Source of the DNA: Pseudomonadota bacterium
GTDB lineage: Bacteria > Desulfobacterota > Desulfobacteria > Desulfobacterales > JBDRRP01
Reading direction: 5' to 3'
Length of the DNA stretch: 63,429 nucleotides
Assembly (NCBI GenBank): GCA_043825735.1
Contig: JBDRRP010000053.1
Coordinates: forward strand, 1-63,429
Positions 20,382 through 29,474 of this stretch are shown piece after piece. The notes beneath the pieces were generated by a model, which searched no databases, had not been told where the DNA came from, and saw nothing but the letters and a program-made list of their open reading frames with translations. How positions within the stretch are numbered: the stretch's first letter is position 1; every line of letters begins with the position of its first letter. A program made the translations under genes and the position numbers.

Positions 20382-21128
20382 TCAACGCGTGCGCGCTGCG
20401 CCAAACACTTTTTTCAGCAGTTCGGTGCTCCGTGCCTGCGGGTTTTCCCGCAGCCGCCGCTCTTCCTGAGCCACCATCAGGAAAATGCCGTCCAAGGCGC
20501 GGGCGGTGACGTAGGCGTCCAGGTCGAACCGCAGCCGGTCAGAAATGAAGGGGATGCGTTGCGCCGCATTGTCCAGATCATGGTAGGCGCGGGTCACGCC
20601 TACGGACGCCATGGATTCATGGACGATGGGCGTGAACAGATCGGTGAGCGGTGCTTGGGTGTTGTCTTTAAAATACCGCGTCGCTTCATCCACGCGGCCG
20701 TTGAGGATGGTGGCGGCATCGGCGAAAGTGACCCGGCTGGCGGCATCCAGGAAGATGGCGGTGGCCTGGGGGGCTGCGGTTTCTGCCGCACGGTTCATGC
20801 TCAGCACAAAGCGATCGAGCTGATCGCCGAGCCCGGTACTGCGCAGCAGGGATTCCAGTTGCTGAACGTTGTCCGGGAGCAGAATCTTGATATCGGCATT
20901 GGTGAAGTACCCGTCCGGGCGCCCCACCGCCGCCACGGCATTGCGGGTGCCCACGGCCAGCGCTTCGCGCAGACCGGCAGCGATATCGGTCTCGCTCGGC
21001 GCAGACGATGTCTGGATGGCGCGGGTGACCTCCGAGAGGACGTCCTGCCATCCGGCGGTGGTTGACGTGGGGGACAAAAGCAGGGTGATGGCCAGCGCTT
21101 GAGTGATAATGTGTCGACAGGGTCGCAT
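20382..21128 (-). CDS. DUF4197 family exported protein
   Basis: Signal peptide; GLREAL..G, MNRAAE, AT.YF, ALDGIF and LLKKVFG motifs. Confidence 0.85.
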   Translation of the reverse strand: MRPCRHIITQALAITLLLSPTSTTAGWQDVLSEVTRAIQTSSAPSETDIAAGLREALAVGTRNAVAAVGRPDGYFTNADIKILLPDNVQQLESLLRSTGLGDQLDRFVLSMNRAAETAAPQATAIFLDAASRVTFADAATILNGRVDEATRYFKDNTQAPLTDLFTPIVHESMASVGVTRAYHDLDNAAQRIPFISDRLRFDLDAYVTARALDGIFLMVAQEERRLRENPQARSTELLKKVFGAARTR

Positions 21129-21258
21129 ATGCTTTGCCTTTTAGCAGGGTGATGTGTCATGGTGATGCGGGTGTCTTTATTGTAGCAATTTACTAAAACA
21201 TGTCACGCGCGCAGACAAGTAAAAACTGCCACCGGCCGGCGATGGCCGGATCACTGCC

Positions 21259-22086
21259 ATGACGGGTTTGGTAAAAATCGCTTTTTTGATTGCGGCAATT
21301 TATCTCGGCTTCGGCATGTTGCTGTTCGCCTTTCAGCGGGTGATGCTGTTTCCGCGCGATGCGGCAGTGACGCTGGCGGCGGCGCCGGTGCCGGAGGGCG
21401 CTCTGGAGCGGATGTGGATCAATGTGGCGGGGCAGCGGGTGGAGGCCTGGTTCATCCCGCCTGAAACCGCTTCAGGGCCGGCTCCCATTGCCCTGCTGGC
21501 CCACGGCAACGCGGAGACCATCGACACGATGGCGCTCGAGTTTTTGCCCCTCAGGCAGTTGGGAATGGCCTTGCTGCTGGTGGAGTACCCGGGCTACGGC
21601 CGCTCCGGCGGGCGGCCGTCCCAGGCGTCGATCGGGACGGTGCTGAAAACGGCCTGTGATCTTGTGGCGGGCCGCCCGGACGTGGATTCCCGAAGATGGG
21701 TATACATCGGCCGGAGTCTGGGGGGCGGGGCTGTCTGCGACCTGGCCGTCCGGCGGCCGCCTGCGGCGATGGTGCTCATCTCCACCTTCACCAGCGTCAA
21801 ATCCTTTGCCCGGCGCTACCTGATGCCCGGCCTCCTCGTGCGGGACCCCTTCGACAATCTGACAGCACTGAGGACGTATCCGGGACCAGCCCTCATCATT
21901 CACGGCAGCCGTGATGAGCTCATCGACTACCGGCATGCACAAAAACTGCATGCCGCCGCTACCGGCAGTCGGCTCATCACCTACGATTGCGGTCACAACG
22001 ACTGCCCCCCGGATCCGGCCCGATTCTGGTCGGATCTCACCGGTTTTCTCACCGAGGCAGGGATCGTCAACAGCCCTGGTATCTAA
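21259..22086 (+). CDS. Alpha/beta hydrolase (Bem46/ABHD-like)
   Basis: HGNAE, EYPGYGRS, GRSLGG nucleophile, HGSRDE and GHND motifs. Confidence 0.88.
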   Translation: MTGLVKIAFLIAAIYLGFGMLLFAFQRVMLFPRDAAVTLAAAPVPEGALERMWINVAGQRVEAWFIPPETASGPAPIALLAHGNAETIDTMALEFLPLRQLGMALLLVEYPGYGRSGGRPSQASIGTVLKTACDLVAGRPDVDSRRWVYIGRSLGGGAVCDLAVRRPPAAMVLISTFTSVKSFARRYLMPGLLVRDPFDNLTALRTYPGPALIIHGSRDELIDYRHAQKLHAAATGSRLITYDCGHNDCPPDPARFWSDLTGFLTEAGIVNSPGI

Positions 22087-22151
22087 TAGAGCATTGAAAA
22101 TGAGCGAGAACGCCGCCAGGGGCCAGAAGATGCCGCTTGTGGACGGACACG

Positions 22152-22559
22152 CTAGTGGATGCCCTTCGCATTCAGATACGGGCCATACTGCCGGTCGGTT
22201 TCCATGATGTGTTTGACCAGCCAGTCCTTGAGGAAATTAGTGATCTGGATGGGATTGCTGATGGTGCCCTCGCGATATTGCTGGTAGAAGGCGCCGACTT
22301 TGGCTGCCATTTTTTCATGTTTCTGGCGGTGGGCGTCAACGTCCGGATAGCCGCCGTCGGCCATGAGTTTTTCCTCATCGGCAAAATGGGTTTTCGTATA
22401 GGATACCAGGCCGTTGAGAACTTTTTCCAACGCGTCTTTCCCATGTCCTGCGCGCATGGCTTCGTACAAGTCATTGAGATACCCTACCAGCTTTTTGTGT
22501 TGCAGGTCGATTTTCTGGATGCCGACGCTGTAATCCTCTTTCCAATCAAAAAATGCCAT
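22152..22559 (-). CDS. Bacteriohemerythrin
   Basis: IDLQH, HFADEE, HRQKH and WLVKHIMETD di-iron ligands. Confidence 0.93.
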   Translation of the reverse strand: MAFFDWKEDYSVGIQKIDLQHKKLVGYLNDLYEAMRAGHGKDALEKVLNGLVSYTKTHFADEEKLMADGGYPDVDAHRQKHEKMAAKVGAFYQQYREGTISNPIQITNFLKDWLVKHIMETDRQYGPYLNAKGIH

Positions 22560-22732
22560 CGGATGCCTCCTTGCGATCCCTGAAATGAATAAGCATGGCG
22601 GGCCTGACCCGCGGTGGGATGATGCGGCCCTTTATGGGGACATATCGGCCGGAGGCGAGGCGACTTGAGCGTTTTTCGCTTGTCTGCCGGTGGCGCCGCC
22701 GGAAAGCGTCGGCGGTGCCGGGCGATTGAAGG

Positions 22733-23968
22733 CTATTCTGCGTCCTGGTAGCGTTTTTGGATGGCCCTGAGGACGTCGAGGCGGCTGAAAAAAATGTCCA
22801 CCAGTTCAGGATCGAACTGTGCACCGGCCTCTTTCTGGATGGTGTCGAGGACGTCCTGCTCACTCCATGCCTGCTTGTAGACCCGGGCCGAAGAGAGGGC
22901 GTCGTAGACATCGGCCAGCGACACGATGCGGCCGAACAGCGGGATGTCTTCTCCTGCTTTGCCCCGTGCGCTGCCGTCGGAGCGACCGCGGCCGGGCAGA
23001 GGGTCGCTGGTTTCTACCGCCACGTGTCCCGGGTACCCGTCGCCGTCCCAGCGTTCGTGGTGGTTCAGGGCCACCTGTAGGGCGGCTTCATCGAAATCCG
23101 ACTGGGGATCGAGAAAGAGCCGTGCCCCGAGTACGGTATGTTGCTTCATGATTTCCCGTTCATCGTTGTTGAAGCGGCCTGGTTTTTTCAGGATCATGTC
23201 AGAGATGGCCACCTTTCCGACATCGTGGAGCATGGCGGCCATGCGCAGTGAATCGCGGTTGCGCTCCATTTCCTTGGAGCCGATGCTGCGGCGCTCCGCC
23301 CATTTCTCATAGATCTCCAGGGAGTACCCGCCCACGCGGTTGACGTGGGCACCGGTTTCCTTGGGGTCTCTCATTTCGGCCATACTGATCATTCGAAGAA
23401 GGATGGCGCGGGTCATTTTGGCCCGCTCCAGGGCCACGGTGGCAATGCTGGCGAAATGGCGCATCAGGTTCTCGTCGTCCAGCGTGAAGGCGATGGTTTT
23501 GCCTTCGGCGTCTCTGCCGTTGATGATCTGCAAGATCCCCAGAATGTCTCCCCGGGTGTTTTTCAGAGGTACGGTCACCACGGATTGGGTCGTGTAGCCT
23601 GCCGAGAGGTCGAACTGTTTGCTGAACTTGTAGGGTACCGTGTTGGAGATCCGGTAAACGTCCGGGATGTTCAGCAGCTCTCCGGTGGTCGCCACGTAGC
23701 CGGCGATGCTGTCGGTGTTGATGGGCAAAAAGAAAGTCGAGTAGATGAGCTTTTCCCCCGGCGGCAGTCGGCGCTGAAGGGTTTCATTCTGGGTATATGA
23801 GAACTTGAGCATCCGTTCATTGCGGATGTAAATGGAGCCCGCGTCGGCATTGACGAACCGCCGGGCGTCGGTCAGGATGCGCTCCATGAGAACGTCCAGA
23901 TCGTTGACCTGGTTCAGTTCGATTCCCAGCGCCATCAGTTTGTCCAGTTTTTCTTTCGATGTCAGCAT
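22733..23968 (-). CDS. GAF + HD-GYP cyclic di-GMP phosphodiesterase
   Basis: N-terminal GAF; HDVGK, HHERWDGDGYP and ADVYDAL motifs; GGAGG RBS before ATG 23968. Confidence 0.9.
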   Translation of the reverse strand: MLTSKEKLDKLMALGIELNQVNDLDVLMERILTDARRFVNADAGSIYIRNERMLKFSYTQNETLQRRLPPGEKLIYSTFFLPINTDSIAGYVATTGELLNIPDVYRISNTVPYKFSKQFDLSAGYTTQSVVTVPLKNTRGDILGILQIINGRDAEGKTIAFTLDDENLMRHFASIATVALERAKMTRAILLRMISMAEMRDPKETGAHVNRVGGYSLEIYEKWAERRSIGSKEMERNRDSLRMAAMLHDVGKVAISDMILKKPGRFNNDEREIMKQHTVLGARLFLDPQSDFDEAALQVALNHHERWDGDGYPGHVAVETSDPLPGRGRSDGSARGKAGEDIPLFGRIVSLADVYDALSSARVYKQAWSEQDVLDTIQKEAGAQFDPELVDIFFSRLDVLRAIQKRYQDAE

Positions 23969-24152
23969 AGCGGCCTCCGCTGTGGAATTATCTACCCATC
24001 GATACCGGCAAAGGCGAGATATTGTCAAGCATCTCCGGTCTCTTGCTGATCGGGGGAGGGCCCCCGTGGCATGTTGCCGGGGGCGGTCGGCATTCAGCCG
24101 ATTTTCCTATAAACCGCGAAGATCGTGCTTTTCTTTGCCGGCCCAAAGAAGG

Positions 24153-24283
24153 TGAGCCGGTAAAAAAGCAATTTTCTCGCTAAGACGCCAAGTTCGCAAA
24201 GAAAAATATCATCAATATTAGTGCATTCGCTTTGCGATCTCTGCGGCTTTGCGAGAGATTCGGATTTTTTGCGGGACCATCAA
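24153..24283. repeat. Palindromic CGCnAAG x3 element with a ...TTTTTGCGGGACCATCAA end
   Basis: TCTCGCTAAGACGCCAAGTTCGCAAAG ... CTTTGCGATCTCTGCGGCTTTGCGAGA; right end is of the same family as 10723-10859. Confidence 0.65.
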
Positions 24284-24315
24284 AGAAAAGCACCAAAAGA
24301 AAGGCCGGGCGCGCG

Positions 24316-24573
24316 CTAAGGCCGAACGTTGAGGCGCCAGTCGTAGGGGGTGAATGAAATGGCGGCCCGCTGCTCCCGGATGAAACGACGGTCTTCCGGT
24401 GATTCGGCAAGGTGTTCCGCGTGCAGGGCAAAAAACTGCTTCAGGGAGGTGATCCCCCGGCTGCCTAACAGGGCGTTCCACTGGGCGTGGCTGTGGTCGA
24501 AATCGGCGGCCCCCAGCGACGCGGCACTCCAAAACGAAAGTGCTGTAAAAATAACGGCGATGATGTTTTTCAT
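24316..24573 (-). pseudogene. Internally deleted DUF547-family gene
   Basis: Signal peptide and FDHSHAQWNALL N-terminus joined almost directly to the YDWRLN C-terminus, only 85 aa; sits downstream of the TVP38-flavoprotein gene as DUF547 genes often do. Confidence 0.65.
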
Positions 24574-24588
24574 GGAGAGCCCTCCTCG

Positions 24589-26730
24589 TCACCCCCTCAT
24601 CCAGCGGTGGTAGCGCTCGACCCAACGCAGCAGTTTTTCCGGCGCATGGGTGCGTTTCCATAGTCCGGCAGCCGCCTTGTTGGCTTCGGCAAGTGTGGGG
24701 TAGATGTGGATGGTGCCCAGGATCTTGTTGAGCCCGAGGTTGTGCTTCATGGCCAGGACGAACTCGGCGATGATGTCGCTGGCATGGGCCCCCATGATGG
24801 TCACCCCGAGAATTTTATCGGTCCCGGGCTGGGTCAACACCCGGACCAGGCCGTGGTCTTCGCTGTCGGCGATGGCCCGGTCCAGGTCATCGATACCGTA
24901 GGTGGTCACCTCGCAGGCGATGCCCTTTTCCCGGGCTTCCAGCGCATTAAGCCCAACCCGGGCCACTTCCGGATCGGTGTACGTGGCCCAGGGGATCACG
25001 CGGTAGTCGACGTCGAAAGTCTTCAGCCGCCCGAAGAGCGCGTTGACCGCGGCATACCAGGCCTGGTGCGCCGCGGTGTGAGTGAACTGGTATGGCCCGG
25101 CCACATCTCCGGCGCAAAAAATATTGGGGAAGTTGGTCTGCAAAAGCCCGTTGGCCGCGACGGTGCCGTTGGGACGGATCGTCACGCCGAGCTTTTCCAG
25201 GCCGAAACCCCGGGCGTTGGCCGCGCGGCCCACGGCCACTATGATTTCATCGAATGGCACCCGAACCGCAGCGCCGTCATGATCGCAGACGAGAACCTTT
25301 TCCCCGTTCTCGGTGAGCACTTCCATGGCCCGGTGTCCGGTGAGCACCCGAACCCCCTCGGCCTCGAACCGCCGCTGCACGCTTTGGGAAATGTCTTCGT
25401 CTTCACGGGCCAGAATCCGGGGCATCATTTCCACCTGGGTGACCTTCGAGCCCAGCCGGGCAAAAGCCTGTGTCAGCTCGCAGCCGATGGGGCCGCCGCC
25501 CAAAACAGCCAGGCGTCCGGGCAGTTTTCTCAGGTTCCAGACCGTATCGGAGGTCAGGTAGCCCACTGCATCGAGACCGGCAATGGGCGGCACGAACGGC
25601 CGCGCGCCCGTGGCCACCACGATGCTTCGCGTGGTGATCGTGCGGCCGTTGACCGTTACCGTAAACGGCGAGGAGACCCGGGCCGCTCCCTGAATGACTT
25701 CCACGCCCAGTTCGGTGTAGCGCGCGATGCTGTCATGAGGCGCTACCTTGGCGATGACGCTGTGGACGCGCGCCATGACATCGGCAAAATCAAAGTCGAT
25801 GCGGCCTTCTTTGAATCCAAATTCCCGGGCGCGCGCAGCATAGCTGACCATTTTGGCCGATCTCAGGAGCGCTTTGCTGGGGACGCACCCGGTGTTCAGG
25901 CAATCGCCGCCCATCTGGTGCTTTTCAATGAGGGCCACTTTGGCTTTCACTGCGGCGGCGATATAGGCGGTGACCAGCCCGGCGGATCCGGCGCCGATGA
26001 CCACCAGATTATAGTCGAAGCGGGCCGGTTTCGGCCAGTCGGCATACACGCGGCGCGCTTTGATCATGGTGATGACTTTTTTGGCCACCAGCGGGAAGAC
26101 CCCCAGCAGGGCAAAGGAGATGATCAGGCCCGGAGAGAGAATGCCGCTCAGGGAGGTGATGCCGGCCAGATGGGTGCCGGCATTCACGTAAACGATTGTT
26201 CCCGGCAGCATGCCGATTTGACTGACCAGATAATAGGCGGTGGTGCGGATGGGCGTCAGGCCCATCACCAGGTTGATGACGAAAAACGGAAACAGCGGCA
26301 CCAGGCGTAAGGTAAAGAGATAAAACGCGCCGTCTGCGGCGATGCCCTCGTTGATGGCTTTGAGCTTGTCGCTGAATTTTCCCTGAACCCAGTCCCGCAG
26401 CACGAACCGGGAGGCCAGAAAGGCCAGGGTGGCGCCGATGGTGCTGGCAAAGCTGATCACCAACACACCGGTCCACAAGCCGAAGAGACCGCCGCCCACC
26501 AATGTCATGACCGTTGCCCCAGGCAGGGACAGGGCGGTGACCAGGATATAGATCGCCATGTAGACGGCGATTGTCAGCGCCGAGTGATCCCGGTAGTAGG
26601 CACCGAGGGCCTCCTGCTGGGTTTTCATGTTTTCCAGCGTCAGGGCATGGTGCAGATCGACCGCGAAAAAGGCAACCGTCAGCACTGCGATGGTGACGAC
26701 TATGGCGATTCTGGCGGTTCTGCTTTCCAT
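24589..26730 (-). CDS. TVP38/DedA membrane domain fused to a pyridine nucleotide-disulfide oxidoreductase
   Basis: LSLPGA and LRLVPLFPF (SNARE-associated domain); GAGSAG, GGDCLNTGCVPSK, GGGPIG and HIYPTLAE. Confidence 0.9.
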   Translation of the reverse strand: MESRTARIAIVVTIAVLTVAFFAVDLHHALTLENMKTQQEALGAYYRDHSALTIAVYMAIYILVTALSLPGATVMTLVGGGLFGLWTGVLVISFASTIGATLAFLASRFVLRDWVQGKFSDKLKAINEGIAADGAFYLFTLRLVPLFPFFVINLVMGLTPIRTTAYYLVSQIGMLPGTIVYVNAGTHLAGITSLSGILSPGLIISFALLGVFPLVAKKVITMIKARRVYADWPKPARFDYNLVVIGAGSAGLVTAYIAAAVKAKVALIEKHQMGGDCLNTGCVPSKALLRSAKMVSYAARAREFGFKEGRIDFDFADVMARVHSVIAKVAPHDSIARYTELGVEVIQGAARVSSPFTVTVNGRTITTRSIVVATGARPFVPPIAGLDAVGYLTSDTVWNLRKLPGRLAVLGGGPIGCELTQAFARLGSKVTQVEMMPRILAREDEDISQSVQRRFEAEGVRVLTGHRAMEVLTENGEKVLVCDHDGAAVRVPFDEIIVAVGRAANARGFGLEKLGVTIRPNGTVAANGLLQTNFPNIFCAGDVAGPYQFTHTAAHQAWYAAVNALFGRLKTFDVDYRVIPWATYTDPEVARVGLNALEAREKGIACEVTTYGIDDLDRAIADSEDHGLVRVLTQPGTDKILGVTIMGAHASDIIAEFVLAMKHNLGLNKILGTIHIYPTLAEANKAAAGLWKRTHAPEKLLRWVERYHRWMRG

Positions 26731-26940
26731 GGTGCATCCTCGGTTTGTCAGTCGTGCCGGCCGATCGCGCAACGGGTGATTGGCCCGTGTCCACACACAA
26801 ACAGCCTCTTTGCGGGACTTTGGAATTGAGTCGCCCGCTGCTGATAATCCTTACAGCGGGACCGACGCGCCATCTTATTCTTCCCCAGGTGCTGGGGCCG
26901 CCGAAGCGGCGTTAGTGATCAACAGCAGCTCAAATAATAG

Positions 26941-26990
26941 TGGTATGAATTTGTCGCTTGTGGTAATTATCGGTAATCAATCGTTGCTTT
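26941..26990. promoter_or_regulatory. Candidate TaoR operator (10-bp periodic YGGT direct repeats)
   Basis: TGGTAATTAT-CGGTAATCAA, plus TGGTATGAAT 20 bp upstream; similar to 28205-28224. Confidence 0.45.
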
Positions 26991-27165
26991 TGGGGTAGCC
27001 GTGGCGCCGACAACGAGGGTTTCGCCTGGAACCAACCGAGAAGCCCAGGGGCCCTCAGATAATTAGGGCATTCTGCATAAGCATGACCCCTTTTTGTATG
27101 TACGGTGCCGCAACGGATACAGCAACGCTGATGCCCGACTCACCTTCATTGGTCAAGGATACCTC

Positions 27166-28071
27166 ATGAACGAGATGATGACCACCAAAGAAGTCGCCCG
27201 GTATCTCAGTGTTAACGAGAAAATGGTATATACCCTCATTTCGGAAAAAGGACTTCCTGCCACCAAGGTTACCGGCAAATGGCTTTTCCCGCAAAATCTG
27301 GTGGAGCAGTGGCTTGAAAATAACGCGATCAATTTTCCCGAAGTCGCTTCCCCCCTGGCGCGCTACCAGGGGCTTCTGGTTCTGGCCGGCAGCAATGACA
27401 TCCTGCTGGATCGTACCATTGGGCTGTTCAACGAGACCCGGGGGGATCATCTGGCCGTGTTCGCCAATCTGGGCAGCATGGGGGGGATCCGCGCCCTGCG
27501 CCGCCAGCAATGCCACATCGCCGCCAGCCACTTGCTTCAGGAAAACGGCGAAGAATACAATTTTGATGCGGCCCAGAAGGAGCTGGAGAAAATGCCGGTG
27601 GTGGTCAATTTTTGCAGCCGCGAGCAGGGCGTGATGCTGGCGCGCGGCAACCCTTTGAAGATTCGCGGAATCCAGGACTTCGGAAAACCGGGGCTGCGGC
27701 TGGCCAACCGTCCGCTGAGTACCGGCACCCGGCTGCTGCTGGACCGGGAACTGGTGCGCTGCGGCATCCGGGGCGAGCAGATTGCCGGGTATGACTCGGC
27801 CCATGCCCGCCATATGGACGCCGGGTTAGAAGTCCTTGCCGGCCGCGCGGACGCGGCGCCGGGCATCCGGCCCGTGGCTTTTCTGCTGGGGCTGGATTTT
27901 CTCCCCCTGCGATGGGAACGTTATGATCTGCTCATCGCAAAGGAACATTTCTTCGAAAAAAGTGTCCAGACCTTTCTCAGCCTCTTTCATGACCCTGCCT
28001 TTCAGGCCATGGCCAACAGTCTCGAAGGATACGATACCCGGTTGAGCGGGCAGATGGTTTTTCAGCGATAA
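27166..28071 (+). CDS. taoR: Excisionase-like HTH + molybdate/tungstate PBP transcriptional regulator (TaoR family)
   Basis: MTTKEVARYL..VY.L...LPATKVTGKW HTH_17; GSND, GSMGG, NRPLSTGTR and ERYDL PBP-like domain; adjacent to tupABC. Confidence 0.8.
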   Translation: MNEMMTTKEVARYLSVNEKMVYTLISEKGLPATKVTGKWLFPQNLVEQWLENNAINFPEVASPLARYQGLLVLAGSNDILLDRTIGLFNETRGDHLAVFANLGSMGGIRALRRQQCHIAASHLLQENGEEYNFDAAQKELEKMPVVVNFCSREQGVMLARGNPLKIRGIQDFGKPGLRLANRPLSTGTRLLLDRELVRCGIRGEQIAGYDSAHARHMDAGLEVLAGRADAAPGIRPVAFLLGLDFLPLRWERYDLLIAKEHFFEKSVQTFLSLFHDPAFQAMANSLEGYDTRLSGQMVFQR

Positions 28072-28204
28072 GGCGGCCGGCCTTCGCCGACACGCCACCA
28101 TTGGCAGCGATAGGCCCACGGCTGGGCGGGGCGCCGGGTGGAAGCGCCCGGTAGCCGACAGGGATATGGACGCCGGCCAGCGCGATGCGACCAATTGTCA
28201 GTAT

Positions 28205-28285
28205 TGGTTGATTATGGTATTTTCTGTCGTCAGGCAGAAATCATAGATTAATGAAATTGACAAAAATAACTCATAATTGTAGTCC
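28205..28285 (+). promoter_or_regulatory. Candidate tupA promoter with TaoR-like direct repeat
   Basis: TGGTTGATTA-TGGTATTTTC, and TTGACA at 28257-28262 in AT-rich DNA. Confidence 0.45.
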
Positions 28286-28294
28286 TCAGGCGAA

Positions 28295-28348
28295 TCGCTG
28301 CTTGCGGTCGCAAGCGAAAGCCGCCGGCTTTGCCGGTGGCCCTTTACT
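28295..28348 (+). mobile_element. IS200/IS605-like end palindrome remnant
   Basis: AAAGCCGCCGGCTTTGCCGGTGGCCCTTTACT, near-identical to the reverse complement of 59719-59750. Confidence 0.5.
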
Positions 28349-28373
28349 ACTTCGTTGATATGGAGGATGGCAG

Positions 28374-29207
28374 ATGACCAAAAGGGTCCGTATTCAGATG
28401 TTGACAGTGATTTTTTGTCTGCTGATGATCATCCCGGCGACGGCACTGGCCGAGGGGAAAACGCTGCTGATGGCGACTACCACCAGCACCGACAACACCG
28501 GTCTGCTGGACGTGTTGGGGCCGCTCTTTACAAAGGACACCGGTATTGCCCTGAAGTGGGTGGCCACAGGGACCGGAAAAGCACTCAAACTGGGGGAAAA
28601 CTGCGACGCGGATATCCTCATGGTGCATGCGCCGGCGTCGGAGAAGGCATTTGTCGACGCCGGTTTCGGTGTTGACCGCCGTCAGGTGATGTACAACGAT
28701 TTCGTCATTATCGGACCGGTTTCCGACCCGGCCGGTATCGAATCCATGCCGGTAGAGACGGCATTGACCACCGTGGTGGATAAGGGCGCAATTTTTGTCA
28801 GCCGGGGCGATAACAGCGGCACCGACAAAAAGGAGAAATCGCTTTGGAAAGCGGCCGGCCTTCCGCTGCCCGACAAGGCTTCCTGGTACGTGCAGACCGG
28901 TCAGGGGATGCTGGCGACCATCAACGTGGCCGCCGAACGAAAAGGCTACACCATGACCGATCGGGGAACCTTCATTAAATACGAGGCCGACCACCAGGGC
29001 AATCCGCCCCTGGTCATCCTCGTTGAAGGCGACGGGACGCTGCTCAACCAGTACAGTGTGATCGCCGTGAATCCGAAGCGGTGCACCAATGTGCAAAATG
29101 CCGAGGCCAAGGTGTTTGCCGATTGGATTACCAGTGCGCCGACCCAGAAGGCCATCGGAGACTTCAAACTGCTGGGTAAGCAACTATTCACGCCCAACGC
29201 TAAGTGA
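28374..29207 (+). CDS. tupA: Tungstate ABC transporter substrate-binding protein
   Basis: ATTTSTDNTGLL tungstate signature, GTGKAL, MYNDF and SRGDNSGT motifs. Confidence 0.93.
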   Translation: MTKRVRIQMLTVIFCLLMIIPATALAEGKTLLMATTTSTDNTGLLDVLGPLFTKDTGIALKWVATGTGKALKLGENCDADILMVHAPASEKAFVDAGFGVDRRQVMYNDFVIIGPVSDPAGIESMPVETALTTVVDKGAIFVSRGDNSGTDKKEKSLWKAAGLPLPDKASWYVQTGQGMLATINVAAERKGYTMTDRGTFIKYEADHQGNPPLVILVEGDGTLLNQYSVIAVNPKRCTNVQNAEAKVFADWITSAPTQKAIGDFKLLGKQLFTPNAK

Positions 29208-29285
29208 CCATCCACAGGCGGCATCTTTGCCTTAGAACCCTTTCGCTTCGCTCAGGGGTCCAGGGGAAAAGACATGGTCCGGCGC

Positions 29286-29310
29286 GGGCGAACACAAGGT
29301 TCGCCCCTAC
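29286..29310 (-). repeat. GTAG-type REP
   Basis: Reverse strand GTAG-GGGCGAAC-CTTGT-GTTCGCCC. Confidence 0.65.
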
Positions 29311-29474
29311 GCTGGACCGGGTTTTCCCGTCAGCCCGAGTGATTCACGAGTTCGCCCGCGCTGCCCTGCGGCCTGCCCTGCCAGCGGCTGGGGTCATTGC
29401 GTTAACTGACAGGGCGGCGCCGGGGCGCGGGTCAGTGTTGTTTAAAACCGGTTTGCAGGTTATTTGGCACCCGC

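Noticed and set aside
24589..26730. Mercuric reductase MerA
   Set aside because: It lacks the C-terminal Cys-Cys pair and the N-terminal HMA domain, and no mer genes are nearby.
27166..28071. Phage excisionase / prophage boundary
   Set aside because: The HTH is fused to an oxyanion-binding domain beside tupABC, and there is no integrase or phage gene.
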